DNA from: Chloroflexia bacterium
Lineage (GTDB): Bacteria; Chloroflexota; Chloroflexia; QHBQ01
NCBI GenBank assembly: GCA_038229595.1
Contig: JBBROH010000004.1
Coordinates: forward strand, 1-62,420
DNA: 62,420 nucleotides
Direction of reading: 5' to 3'
Part shown: positions 19,112 to 28,817 of the stretch, piece by piece
How the letters are laid out: each line of letters starts with the position of its first letter
Position numbering within the stretch: the first letter of the stretch is position 1
The notes under the pieces: model-generated
Databases searched by the model: none
What the model saw: only the letters and a program-made list of their open reading frames with translations
What the model was told of the DNA's origin: nothing
Made by a program: the position numbers and the translations under genes

Positions 19112-20188
19112 GTGAATATCGAGACTGTCCTCCGCATTATGGGGGCCGGTGTTGGACTGGTACTGGGTTACATTGGCGCGCTCTACCTCTTTTTTGCTGC
19201 GCCAGCCGACCTCAAGCAGTTCTACGTTCTGGCCCTTGCGCTCCTCAGCGGCGTTGCCTTCCTACTCGGCACGCCGCTCGTTACCACCGTCCCCTTCCGC
19301 GCCGTACTGCACCGCCTCCAACAGCTATCTACCGCCGACGTAGTAGCGGGGGCGATTGGCTTGCTGCTTGGCCTACTGGCAGCGGCTCTGCTCACCGCCC
19401 CACTGCGCGAGTTGCCAGCCGTCGGCAACTTCGCGCCCGCCCTCGCCAGCTTCTTCTTCGCCTACGTTGGGGCGTGGATCATGATGCTGCGGAAGAAAGA
19501 CATCGCCAACTACTTCGGTGCCTTCAACCGCCGCCCCGTTACCGCCGCCAATCCGATCCTCGCGGCTGAAGCAGCCGTCTCCATCGCCGTCGAACGCGGC
19601 GTACTGGTAGATACCAGCGCGATCATTGACGGGCGTATCGCTGACATCGCCCAGACAGGCTTCGTCGAGGGTACGCTGCTCGTCCCCCGCTTCGTGCTGA
19701 ACGAACTACAGCACATCGCAGACAACGCCGACGCACTACGCCGCGCAAGAGGCAGACGCGGGCTGGAAATCCTCAATCGGATGCAGAAGGACAGTAGCGT
19801 GACGATCCAAATCTCCGACCTGGATGTGGAGAACACGCCAGAGGTGGATGGCAAGCTGATCAAGCTCGCCCGCCAGCACCGCTACGCGATCCTGACCAAC
19901 GATTACAACATGAACCGCGTCGCCGAATTGCAAGGCGTGCGCGTGCTGAACATCAACTCGCTGGCGAACGCGCTCAAGCCGATGCTGCTGCCTGGTGAGA
20001 CAATGGAGGCCCACGTGATCCAGGATGGTAAGGAGATCAACCAGGGGGTGGCTTACCTTGACGACGGCACGATGGTGGTGGTGGAGAACGGCAGACAGCA
20101 CATGAACCACACCGTCACCGTGCTAGTTACACGGGTGTTGCAGACAGCCCAGGGGCGGATGATCTTTGCCCAACTGATGCGGGATTAG
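19112..20188 (+). CDS. membrane-anchored PIN/TRAM domain protein (YacL-like)
   Basis: 4 TM helices, VDTSAIIDGRI, RGRRGLEIL, LTNDYN, GVAYLDDGTMVVVE, QTAQGRMIFA. Confidence 0.93.
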   Translation: MNIETVLRIMGAGVGLVLGYIGALYLFFAAPADLKQFYVLALALLSGVAFLLGTPLVTTVPFRAVLHRLQQLSTADVVAGAIGLLLGLLAAALLTAPLRELPAVGNFAPALASFFFAYVGAWIMMLRKKDIANYFGAFNRRPVTAANPILAAEAAVSIAVERGVLVDTSAIIDGRIADIAQTGFVEGTLLVPRFVLNELQHIADNADALRRARGRRGLEILNRMQKDSSVTIQISDLDVENTPEVDGKLIKLARQHRYAILTNDYNMNRVAELQGVRVLNINSLANALKPMLLPGETMEAHVIQDGKEINQGVAYLDDGTMVVVENGRQHMNHTVTVLVTRVLQTAQGRMIFAQLMRD

Positions 20189-20194
20189 CCAGCC

Positions 20195-20653
20195 ATGCGC
20201 CTGGTGATCCAGCGGGTACGCAGCGGTTCAGTGGCAGTGGCGGGCGTGGTCGTCGGCCAGATCGGGGGCGGTCTCGTCGTCCTGATCGGCATAACCCATG
20301 ACGACACGCCTGCCACCGCCGACCTGCTGGCAAACAAGCTAGTCAACCTGCGTATCTTCAACGATGCGGCAGGCAAGATGAACCGCTCTGCCCTCGATGT
20401 GGCCGCCGAGGTGCTGGTCATCTCCCAGTTCACGCTCTACGCCGATGCGCGCAAGGGACGGCGGCCCAGCTTCGTAGATGCTGCCCCGCCAGCCCCTCCC
20501 GCCTCACTCTACCAGGCGTTCGCCGCCGCCGTTGCCGCCAGTGGCCTACGGGTCGCCACTGGGCAGTTTCAGACCGAGATGCTGGTCGAAATCTGGAACG
20601 AAGGCCCGGTGACAATCGTGCTGGACTCTGCCGACTTCGCAGGTAAGGGATAG
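20195..20653 (+). CDS. dtd: D-aminoacyl-tRNA deacylase
   Basis: MRLVIQRV, SQFTL, GRRPSF, NEGPVT. Confidence 0.96.
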   Translation: MRLVIQRVRSGSVAVAGVVVGQIGGGLVVLIGITHDDTPATADLLANKLVNLRIFNDAAGKMNRSALDVAAEVLVISQFTLYADARKGRRPSFVDAAPPAPPASLYQAFAAAVAASGLRVATGQFQTEMLVEIWNEGPVTIVLDSADFAGKG

Positions 20654-21115
20654 ATGGACAAGACCCCAGCCAAGATCACCTGGCGCGCCCCCGTGCCAAA
20701 GACTGCCGCCCGTACTGCCCTGCTGCTGGCTAGCTGCGGCCTCATCTTCGTCATCCTGCTGCTCACCTTCAAGCTGTTCCTGGCTGTGGTAGTGACAGCC
20801 ACCTACGCCCTCTACCTACTACCCCCCTACTTCATCGCGCTCAGTTTCACAGTAGACAGCACGGGCGTGGGCTGGCGCAAGGGTGTGCAGAAGGGCAGCC
20901 GCCCCTGGGTTGCCTTCCGCCTCTACCGCCGCTACGCTGACGGCCTGGAACTGAGTGCCTTCCCACGCACGGCTGGCACCCCGCCGCCGCGCCTCAACCA
21001 GTACCGCGCCGTCTTCCTGCCCTTCGGCGAGAGCGATCCCGCCCAGCTGGAAGCGATAGTTAGCTGCCATCTGCCACTCGAAAGCGCAACCACAGAGCGC
21101 GAAAACGCAGTTTAG
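20654..21115 (+). CDS. hypothetical membrane protein (2 TM helices plus a PH-like tail)
   Basis: start abuts the dtd stop; hydrophobic hairpin. Confidence 0.65.
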   Translation: MDKTPAKITWRAPVPKTAARTALLLASCGLIFVILLLTFKLFLAVVVTATYALYLLPPYFIALSFTVDSTGVGWRKGVQKGSRPWVAFRLYRRYADGLELSAFPRTAGTPPPRLNQYRAVFLPFGESDPAQLEAIVSCHLPLESATTERENAV

Positions 21116-21158
21116 CCCCACTTTGCGCCCATTTTGGCAAATTGCAGCAGCGGGGTAC

Positions 21159-21187
21159 TTGACGTAACGTGGGAACGGTAATATACT
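21159..21187 (+). promoter_or_regulatory. sigma70 promoter of the 21239-30067 operon
   Basis: TTGACG-17bp-TATACT. Confidence 0.65.
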
Positions 21188-21238
21188 ATAGCAAGGGTTG
21201 GCGGTATGCTGCCCCAAAACTGGCTATGGTGGCTATAA

Positions 21239-21526
21239 ATGAACAAGCCGATTGACGACATTCAGGCTGCTGACCAGGCGGTGGAGACGATCCGCCGCTG
21301 GGGTCTGCGCGACCCTGCCCTGATCAGCCTGGAAGTGGGCAAGCCAGTGGCCTTCCTCGGCGCACAAATGCTCTACATTGCCAGCCCCCTCCTACACCTG
21401 TTCGACAGGGTGAGTGGGCGCAAGGTTGCGCCGCAAGCGGAGGCGGTCGCCCACCTGTTGGAGAACCCCGCCGCTACCACCTACCTCGGCGACCGCCTCA
21501 GCGAGCCAGAAGGAGAGCCACGATGA
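21239..21526 (+). CDS. conserved-looking small hypothetical protein
   Basis: LEVGKPVAFLGAQMLY motif; ATGA overlap with the next gene. Confidence 0.7.
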   Translation: MNKPIDDIQAADQAVETIRRWGLRDPALISLEVGKPVAFLGAQMLYIASPLLHLFDRVSGRKVAPQAEAVAHLLENPAATTYLGDRLSEPEGEPR

Positions 21527-22329
21527 ACCCAGCCTTCAGCGAGAAGATGGTAGTTGCCGCCCTTGCCCTGCTAGTCGTCTACCTGCTTATCTACCTCTAC
21601 CTGCTGGCCGCCAGCCGCCGCCGCTCTGCCCTGCCACCCCTGCGCGAGATTGCTGCCTATACCCGGTTGGACAATGCGGTGGCAAGGGCAGCAGAACTGG
21701 GCAAGGGCATCCACATCAGCCCCGGCGCAGGTGGCATCGAGAGCGGTAGCCACCCGGCAGAGACGCTGGCGGGCCTGACCGCGATGGAACACGTCGCCCG
21801 CCAAACGGCACTCAGTGGGGCCAACCTGATCGCCACTGCTGGCGAAGTGGCTAGCTACGCCCTGGCCGACAACGTGGTGGCACGCGGCTACGCGGCGGTT
21901 GGTCGCTCGGCAGATTACCAGCCGACTACTACCCGCTTCGTCAGCCAGAGCCAGAGCAACACGCTACCCTATACCGTCGGGGCGGCAGACGTGATCGAGC
22001 ATGAGGGAGTGGAGGCCAGCGTGACCATCGGCGCGTTCGGCCCTGACTACCTGCTACTGGGCGAGGCAGGACACCGCCAGGGGGTAGAGCAGGTGGTGGG
22101 GGCAACCAACCCCCAAGCCCTGACCACGATGGTGCTGGCGAACCCGCTCGGCCAGGTGTTGATTGGCGAGGAGATTTTCGCTGCTGGTGCCTACCTGCAA
22201 GGGCGCAGCAGCCACCGCGCCAGCCTGGTCGCGCAGGACGCGATCCGCATCCTGCTGATCCTGCTGATCATCGGCGGGGCGGTGTTGGCAACGGTCAGCC
22301 CGCAACTGCTCCAGGACTTGTTGAAGTGA
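21523..22329 (+). CDS. DUF6754-like membrane protein
   Basis: LREIAAY..AVARAAELGKGIH, LIGEEIFAAGAYL, SLVAQDAIR; TM helix at each end. Confidence 0.75.
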   Translation: MNPAFSEKMVVAALALLVVYLLIYLYLLAASRRRSALPPLREIAAYTRLDNAVARAAELGKGIHISPGAGGIESGSHPAETLAGLTAMEHVARQTALSGANLIATAGEVASYALADNVVARGYAAVGRSADYQPTTTRFVSQSQSNTLPYTVGAADVIEHEGVEASVTIGAFGPDYLLLGEAGHRQGVEQVVGATNPQALTTMVLANPLGQVLIGEEIFAAGAYLQGRSSHRASLVAQDAIRILLILLIIGGAVLATVSPQLLQDLLK

Positions 22330-22345
22330 AGCGTGAGGGAGAGCC

Positions 22346-23176
22346 ATGCTGAGACGCAATGCCGGTCGCAAAGACAGCCCCAAGCCAGACACGCCAGCGG
22401 CTACCCCCCCTGTTGCTGGGCCAGAGACTAGCCCGGCCAAAGTAGTGCGGGTAGCCCGGGTGCGCGGCAGAGGGGCGACCCCCCCTGGGACAACAGCGGC
22501 CCCGCCCGGAGCGCGCCTGCCAGCCCCCTTTGCTACCGTGGTGGTGGTGATTAGCGGCATAGTCGCCCTGGTCAGCTACTTCGTGCGCGGCAGCTTCAAC
22601 GTCGGCAGCGTGACGGTCAACGTCGGCGGTCTGGGCGACCTGCTGATCGGGCTGGTCAGCCTGCTACTCGCCTTCGCCCTGTTCGTCGGCCTCGCCAATC
22701 TGCTACGCGTCCACCTGCGGCGCGTCGGCAAGCGAGAGAGTGGCTGGCCCTACAGCCTCGTGCTACTCGGCAGCGCACTGGCTACCATCATTGCCGGGGT
22801 AGTGGGCAGCGTGAGCAGCAACAAGAGTGGCCTCAGCGGTGACGCGGCCAGTTGGATTTTCCAGAACATCTACCAACCGTTGGGCAGCACCTTCTACAGC
22901 CTGCTGGCCTTCTTCATCGCCACCGCTGCCTTCCGCGCCTTGCGCGCCCACACGGTAGAGGTTGGCATCATGGCAGTGGTTGCCCTGATCGTGGTGGCAG
23001 GACTGGCCCCGATTAGCCAGTTGCCAGAACTAAAGAGCGTGGCTGACCTGGGCAACTGGGTTCTCAACTATCCAGCGCAGGCAGGCGTGCGCGGGATCGC
23101 AATCGGTGCGTCGCTGGGGGTAATCGCCACCAGTTTGCGCGTGCTGCTCGGCATTGATCGGCAGTACCTCGGCTAG
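22346..23176 (+). CDS. multi-pass membrane protein of the DUF6754/GlmL-like operon
   Basis: about 6 TM helices; FYSLLAFFIATAAFRALR, RGIAIGASLGVIATSLRVLLGIDR. Confidence 0.75.
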   Translation: MLRRNAGRKDSPKPDTPAATPPVAGPETSPAKVVRVARVRGRGATPPGTTAAPPGARLPAPFATVVVVISGIVALVSYFVRGSFNVGSVTVNVGGLGDLLIGLVSLLLAFALFVGLANLLRVHLRRVGKRESGWPYSLVLLGSALATIIAGVVGSVSSNKSGLSGDAASWIFQNIYQPLGSTFYSLLAFFIATAAFRALRAHTVEVGIMAVVALIVVAGLAPISQLPELKSVADLGNWVLNYPAQAGVRGIAIGASLGVIATSLRVLLGIDRQYLG

Positions 23177-23188
23177 GCGGAGAGTATA

Positions 23189-26038
23189 ATGGCTGACGAC
23201 ATGGACATCATCGTACCAATCCGTTGCCCCAACTGCGACGGTCTCAACCCACCTGACAGCAAGCGTTGCCAGTTCTGTGGGCAGTCGTTGGTTGGCGCAA
23301 AGCCGACGGCCATCGCGCCGCCCAGTGGGGAGCTACGTAGCCCGGCGGCTCCGCCCACCCCACCTACACCCGACTTCCTCAGCCGCCCAGCGGATGCACG
23401 GCCAGCGGCTGGCCCAATCGCCTCACCCTTTGCTGCCGCCCCACCGCCACCGCAGCAACGAGTTGAGCCGATCCCCCAGCCTCAACCGGCCCCGCCTGCC
23501 AGCCCAGCCGCCAGGGGTGGCGGCGCACTGGCTTCGCGCCTGGGTGGTCAAGCACCAGCCCCAGCTAACGACGCGCTTGGTGGCCTCGACAACCTGCGAA
23601 GTGGGATCGCTGGGTTCTCAGCCGCCGACTTGCCGCAGACTGGCGAACTGAACGGCTATGTGGTGCCGCCGCAGCCGGTCGCCAGCCCCTTCCGCCGCGA
23701 GGAGGAGGAGACCCGCCACCGCGATAGCGAGTCGGCGGTAGACTGGCTGGCTAGCTTGCGTGCATCGTCCAGCCTGCCAGAAGAAGCGGAGCAGGCTGGC
23801 GAGGCAGGCGACAGCTGGCTCAATCGGGTGCGCGGAGCGGATAGCTACAACCCGCCGCCCACAGGCCGCTCGCTCAGTCAGCCACTCGATGTGGCACGGC
23901 CAACCTCAGCCCCACTCAACCCGCCCCCCAATCAGCTAGCCGAAGTACAACACGGGGTAGTAGAGCAGCCCAACAGCAGTCAGTCCCTGCCCGATTGGTT
24001 CCGCAGCCTGCGCGGTGAGGAGACAGAGCCGCCCGCGCCCACCGCCGACAGCATCCCGCCCTGGCTGGCAGAGCAGCCTGCACCCGCCGCCAGCAACCTC
24101 CCGGCCTGGTTGAGCGGGGAGGATGAGTCAGCCACAAGCGCGGCCCCTGCACCGACCAGAGCGGACAGCGACCTGCCACCCTGGTTGCAGGAGGAGGCCA
24201 CCAGCCAACCGCCCGCCGCTGCCAGCAATCTGCCCTCCTGGTTGAGCGGGGAGGAGGTGGACACCGCCCCTGCGCCCACTAGCAACCGGCCCGCCTGGTT
24301 GAGCGGCGCAACGCCAGAGACAACGACCAGCAGCAGCCCAACCTGGGCCAGCAGCCCCCCACCTGCGCCTACCCCCCCCGCCCACGACAGCAACCCCGGC
24401 CTGCTAGGGGAAGTGGACGCACCCTGGTTGCAGCAACTTGCTGCCCAACCGCTGCCTACCCCACCCGCAGCAACCCAGCCGCAGCGCAATGCTGCCGACT
24501 TCTTTCCTGCCAGCGTCCCAGCCAACCAAGCGGATGAGATGGCAGAGGAGAACGACGAGATGCCGCCCTGGTTGCTAGCCGAGGAGCAGGACGAGGCAGC
24601 CACCGCCACTAGCCAGAGCTTCGTTCAAGCCGAACCCGACCCAGAAGGGGACACGGACGAGGTGGAGGAGCAAGCTGTAGCTGAGCCGACCGCTGGGCGG
24701 AAGAAGGCAACAGGGCTGATCAACGAGGAGGACTTGCCCGCCTGGTTGCGGGCGCAGGTGGCCGAGCAGGAGCAGGGCCAGGTGCGCCTGCCTCGCTCTG
24801 CCAGCCGCGCCAACACCACCGCCCCGCGCCCAGAGCAGGGTGAGGGCAGCGGCTACGTACCGAACTGGTTGCGGAACCTGGGGACGAGCGACGAGGACGC
24901 GACCGCTGCTGCCAACGCTGCAACCGCCGCCAGCGACCTGACCGCGACGCTAGCCCCTGCTATCCCCAAGATCAGCCGCACCATGACGATCCGTAGCCCC
25001 CGCACTGGGGCCGCCGAAGCCTTCGCTGCCCTCGTCTCCTCGCCCAGCAGCGCGACCCTGACCTCCTCTGTTTTGCGCCACGAACCACGCGGGGCAGCCG
25101 GGGCGATGCGCTACCTGACCGCGGATCGCCTGATCTACCTGCTCACCCTGGCCGTGATCATCACGGCTTATGTGCTAGGCCAGAGTTCGAGTGGCGGCCC
25201 GCTCGGTAATATCGCCAAGCCCAATATTGCGCCTGCGGTTAGCAGCTTCTACAGCACGATTGAGAACCTGCCCGCTGATGCGCCGGTGCTGGTGGCCTTC
25301 GACTGGGATGCCGACCGCCAGGCGGAGTTGCAACCGCTCAGTTACGCTGTGCTGCGCCACCTGTTCGACCGTCAGCGGCGGGTGACAACCGTCAGCCTGC
25401 TACCAGCGGGGGCCGCCTTCGCCCAGCAGGAGTTGCAGCGGGCCAGCAAGGACTACAACGCGAGCCAGCAGAACACCGGTAAGAAGATCGAATACCTCAA
25501 CCTCGGCTACCTGCCAGGCAACGAGATCGGCCTGCGCGGGCTGGCGACTGGCCCCCTTGCCAACGCTCTGACCGGGCGGGCCGACTTCCAGGGCAACCCC
25601 CTGACTGGCAGTGCCGCCCTGCGTGGGGTCAGCCGCCTGAGCGACTACCGCCTGATCGTGCTGCTAGAGGGTGATGAGGGACTGGCCCGCCAGTGGGCCG
25701 AGCAACTGAACGCAGCCCGCCTGCAAACCCAGCAGGTAGCCAACGCCAGCGGCGTGAACCAGGCTACCCAGGTAGTGATCGGTTACAGCCAGGCGGCCCA
25801 GGCGACCGTCAATCTCTACTTGAACGGCAGCCGCCCTCTGTTTAGCGGCAATATCGCGGGCCTGCTCGGCACCGACCAGTACGCGCTCGCCCTCAACCAG
25901 GCAGGCAAGGCTCTGGACAGCCAACTGGGGCGCGAACAACGCTCCAACGTCCTCTCCTTCGCCCTGATCCTCATCGTCCTCTTGATCATCATCGGCAATA
26001 TCGTGCTGATTAGCCGCTGGGCCAGCAACCGGCGTTAG
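23189..26038 (+). CDS. zinc-ribbon + PxWL-repeat disordered region + TM-flanked globular domain protein
   Basis: CPNC..CQFC, about 13 Trp-centred motifs in an acidic Pro/Ala-rich region, TM helix, VLVAFDWD..ELQP and YLNLGYLPG domain, C-terminal TM. Confidence 0.8.
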   Translation: MADDMDIIVPIRCPNCDGLNPPDSKRCQFCGQSLVGAKPTAIAPPSGELRSPAAPPTPPTPDFLSRPADARPAAGPIASPFAAAPPPPQQRVEPIPQPQPAPPASPAARGGGALASRLGGQAPAPANDALGGLDNLRSGIAGFSAADLPQTGELNGYVVPPQPVASPFRREEEETRHRDSESAVDWLASLRASSSLPEEAEQAGEAGDSWLNRVRGADSYNPPPTGRSLSQPLDVARPTSAPLNPPPNQLAEVQHGVVEQPNSSQSLPDWFRSLRGEETEPPAPTADSIPPWLAEQPAPAASNLPAWLSGEDESATSAAPAPTRADSDLPPWLQEEATSQPPAAASNLPSWLSGEEVDTAPAPTSNRPAWLSGATPETTTSSSPTWASSPPPAPTPPAHDSNPGLLGEVDAPWLQQLAAQPLPTPPAATQPQRNAADFFPASVPANQADEMAEENDEMPPWLLAEEQDEAATATSQSFVQAEPDPEGDTDEVEEQAVAEPTAGRKKATGLINEEDLPAWLRAQVAEQEQGQVRLPRSASRANTTAPRPEQGEGSGYVPNWLRNLGTSDEDATAAANAATAASDLTATLAPAIPKISRTMTIRSPRTGAAEAFAALVSSPSSATLTSSVLRHEPRGAAGAMRYLTADRLIYLLTLAVIITAYVLGQSSSGGPLGNIAKPNIAPAVSSFYSTIENLPADAPVLVAFDWDADRQAELQPLSYAVLRHLFDRQRRVTTVSLLPAGAAFAQQELQRASKDYNASQQNTGKKIEYLNLGYLPGNEIGLRGLATGPLANALTGRADFQGNPLTGSAALRGVSRLSDYRLIVLLEGDEGLARQWAEQLNAARLQTQQVANASGVNQATQVVIGYSQAAQATVNLYLNGSRPLFSGNIAGLLGTDQYALALNQAGKALDSQLGREQRSNVLSFALILIVLLIIIGNIVLISRWASNRR

Positions 26039-26049
26039 GGGGTCTGTCC

Positions 26050-26691
26050 GTGTCTGTACCATTCATCGTCGCAGCCCTGCTTACCCTGGTAGTTTATAGC
26101 TACCTGGTGGGCGACAACCCGGCCTACCGCGCCGCCCAGCACCTCTTTGTGGGGGTCAGCGTGGGGATCGCCGTGCTGGTGGCCTTCTACAACGTGGTCT
26201 GGCCCCAGCTACTCTTTCTCTACCAGCAGAAGGACACCTTCACCATCTTCACCAACCCCAGCCTGCTGTTCCTATTCCTCAGCCTGATCCTCGGTGTGGT
26301 GTTGCTGTTCAAGCTAACCCTCCCCCGCAATGCTGCCTCTAACTCGGTGCTGGGCATCATCCTCGGCACCGGGGCGGCGGTCGCCCTCGCTGGCGCACTG
26401 ATCGGCACCCTGATCCCACAAGCTCTGGCGACGATGGTACCGCTGAACGGCAACGGCACCATCCCCTCAATCCTGGGCAACGTCGTACTAGTTGTCGGCG
26501 TGGTCACCACCCTCTCCTACTTCTACTTCACCGGGCGCAAAGACGGCAGTCGTGGGCCAGTAGCGCAATACGGCGCAACCCTGGGCCGCTACTTCATCAT
26601 GATCGCCTTCGGGGCGATCTTCGGCCTGCTCACCGTCTCCTTCTTCGCCGCTCTTTACGGGCGTATCTTCTTCCTTGCCAACCCAAGCTGA
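26050..26691 (+). CDS. multi-pass membrane protein of the same operon
   Basis: TLVVYSYLVGDNPAYRAAQHLFVGV, GRYFIMIAFGAIFG; about 6 TM helices. Confidence 0.75.
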   Translation: MSVPFIVAALLTLVVYSYLVGDNPAYRAAQHLFVGVSVGIAVLVAFYNVVWPQLLFLYQQKDTFTIFTNPSLLFLFLSLILGVVLLFKLTLPRNAASNSVLGIILGTGAAVALAGALIGTLIPQALATMVPLNGNGTIPSILGNVVLVVGVVTTLSYFYFTGRKDGSRGPVAQYGATLGRYFIMIAFGAIFGLLTVSFFAALYGRIFFLANPS

Positions 26692-26705
26692 CCGAGGCGA
26701 TATAA

Positions 26706-28817
26706 ATGCTCAACTTTGAAGCACACAACAGCCCCCGCATCGAATCGATCCTCACCGCCGACGTGGGTAGCCTGTGGACGCGCGTGGCCCTCTTTGACGT
26801 GGTGGCGGGCGAATACCGCTTCCTTGCCCGCGCCAGTGCGCCGTCTACCGCCGAGCTACCCTTCGGCGATATCACAGTGGGCCTCTACAACGCGATGAGC
26901 GAGTTGGAGAAGCTGACAGGACGGCAACTAGTGGACGAGGGCCACATTCTGCTGCCAATGACCACCAACGGTAACGGCGTGGATGCCTTCATTGCCGCCA
27001 GCAGTGCAGCCCCCAGTATGCGTGTCGTCTTGCTGGCGATCACCCGCGACATCACAGCCCGCAGTGCGATCCACGCCGCCGAGAGTACCTACAGCAACGT
27101 GCTTGAGTTGATCACGGTGGACGAGACGACCGCGAAGGGCGACCAGCCAGAGGCCGAGGGTGACTGGTTCGTGCGCCAGGTGCGCCGCATGATAGCCTTG
27201 CAGCCAGAGGCGGCGATCATCGTCGGCGGGGTGGATGGTGGGCCGGTCGCACCGCTGATCAAGCTGGCGAACGTGGTAGCTGCTGCCGCCCAGGATCGCA
27301 ACAACCGCGCCCAACTGGTGAATGCCCGCCAGGCCCAGCTACCGGTCGTCTACGCGGGCAACCAGAGCGCACGCGGCAAGATATTGGAGACGCTGGAGAC
27401 GATCACCGACCTGCGCCTGATCGACAATATCCGCCCCCGGCTCGACCGCGAACGGCTCGGCCCAGCCCAGGAGCAACTGGATAGCCTCTACATCAAGAGC
27501 CAGCTTGACCACGTAGCTGGCTATCAACGGTTGAGTAGCTGGACGGAGACGATCATGCCAACGGCACTGGCGACGGGGATCGTCACGCGCTACGTGGCTG
27601 GGCAGTACAAGCGCGACGTGCTAACGGTGGACATTGGTGCGTCGTCGGTCAGTGCCTTCCTGACCAATAGCGCGACCTCGGACGTGGAGGATCGGCCAGC
27701 GGGCCAGGCCCAGTCTAGCTTCTATCGGGTGGTGCGGGGCGACTTCGGTCTCAGCTACGGCCTGCCCAACCTGCTGCGCGAAGTGGGGGTGGCGGCGATC
27801 AACCGCTGGCTGCCCTTCGAGATCGGCGAGGAGGAGTTGAGCGAGTGGGCCTTGAACCGAATGCTGCGCCCGCTCACCATCAGCCAGACCCGCCGCGAGT
27901 TGCAGCTTGAACACGCCTTCGCCCGCGAGGGGATGCGCTACCTTGCCCGCCGCCTACGCGAACAGGCACCGGATGGCCGCCCCAGCTATGACTTGCTGAT
28001 TGGCACTGGCGGCGTACTGGCTCATGCCCCCAGCCTGGCGGCGGCGGCCTTGCTGATGCTGGACGGCCTGGAGCCGGAGGGTCTGCCCGCTGGTTCAGTA
28101 GAGTTGGCAGTAGACGGCACCATGATCCTACCCCACATCGGGGTGATGGCTGCCGTCAGTCCCGCTGCCGCTGCCTACATCTTCGACCGCGACAGCCTCC
28201 TTTGGCTCGGCACTGCGGTGGTGCCGCTGCCAGCCGTCGCCCATCCCAGCCCCGGTCAGCCCGCCGTCACCGTCACCGTTACCTACGCCGACGGCAGCGA
28301 ACCGCTCAAGGCAGAGGTGGCTTACGGCGAAATCCGCCTAATCCCACTGCGCCTCGATCAGCGAGCTAGCCTGGCGGTACAGCCCGGTAAGGACTTCCGC
28401 ATTGGCAGCGGCGAGCGTGGCAAGCTGGTACGAACCATGGGCGACGACGTAAAGGGCGGCTATGTCGGGTTGATCGTGGACGCACGCGGACGACCACTGC
28501 ACCTACCTGCGGACGTGCAAGGTAGGCAGGCGACCATGCGCCGTTGGCAGCAAGCTCTTGGCATTGTCGCCCCAGAAGCGACCACCCGCCAGCCAACCGG
28601 CACCCTGCGCCCGCCTGGTGCGCCCGACCAGACCCTACCGCCCCTCGCCACTCGCCTCAACCTCAACCCAGAGGATGAGCAGGCCACCGAGGAAACCAGC
28701 TTCGATTTTGGCATTGGCAGCAGCGGCAATGGTGGCGACGACGTGATCGCCAATCGCTTGAGCCAACTGAGCCGCCCGCCTGCCAACCCGGATGAGGGGA
28801 GAAAGAAACGCCGATGA
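26706..28817 (+). CDS. GlmL/MutL (glutamate mutase L)-like actin-fold ATPase
   Basis: phosphate-1 motif TADVGSLWT, SSAAPSMR, GGVDGG, YAGN, DNIRP, IMPT, phosphate-2 motif VDIGASS, IGTGGVLAH, GLIVDARGRP. Confidence 0.8.
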   Translation: MLNFEAHNSPRIESILTADVGSLWTRVALFDVVAGEYRFLARASAPSTAELPFGDITVGLYNAMSELEKLTGRQLVDEGHILLPMTTNGNGVDAFIAASSAAPSMRVVLLAITRDITARSAIHAAESTYSNVLELITVDETTAKGDQPEAEGDWFVRQVRRMIALQPEAAIIVGGVDGGPVAPLIKLANVVAAAAQDRNNRAQLVNARQAQLPVVYAGNQSARGKILETLETITDLRLIDNIRPRLDRERLGPAQEQLDSLYIKSQLDHVAGYQRLSSWTETIMPTALATGIVTRYVAGQYKRDVLTVDIGASSVSAFLTNSATSDVEDRPAGQAQSSFYRVVRGDFGLSYGLPNLLREVGVAAINRWLPFEIGEEELSEWALNRMLRPLTISQTRRELQLEHAFAREGMRYLARRLREQAPDGRPSYDLLIGTGGVLAHAPSLAAAALLMLDGLEPEGLPAGSVELAVDGTMILPHIGVMAAVSPAAAAYIFDRDSLLWLGTAVVPLPAVAHPSPGQPAVTVTVTYADGSEPLKAEVAYGEIRLIPLRLDQRASLAVQPGKDFRIGSGERGKLVRTMGDDVKGGYVGLIVDARGRPLHLPADVQGRQATMRRWQQALGIVAPEATTRQPTGTLRPPGAPDQTLPPLATRLNLNPEDEQATEETSFDFGIGSSGNGGDDVIANRLSQLSRPPANPDEGRKKRR

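Noticed and set aside
26706-28817. Calling a glutamate mutase / B12 pathway
   Set aside because: No glmS/glmE or cobalamin-binding DxHxxG protein is present in the window.
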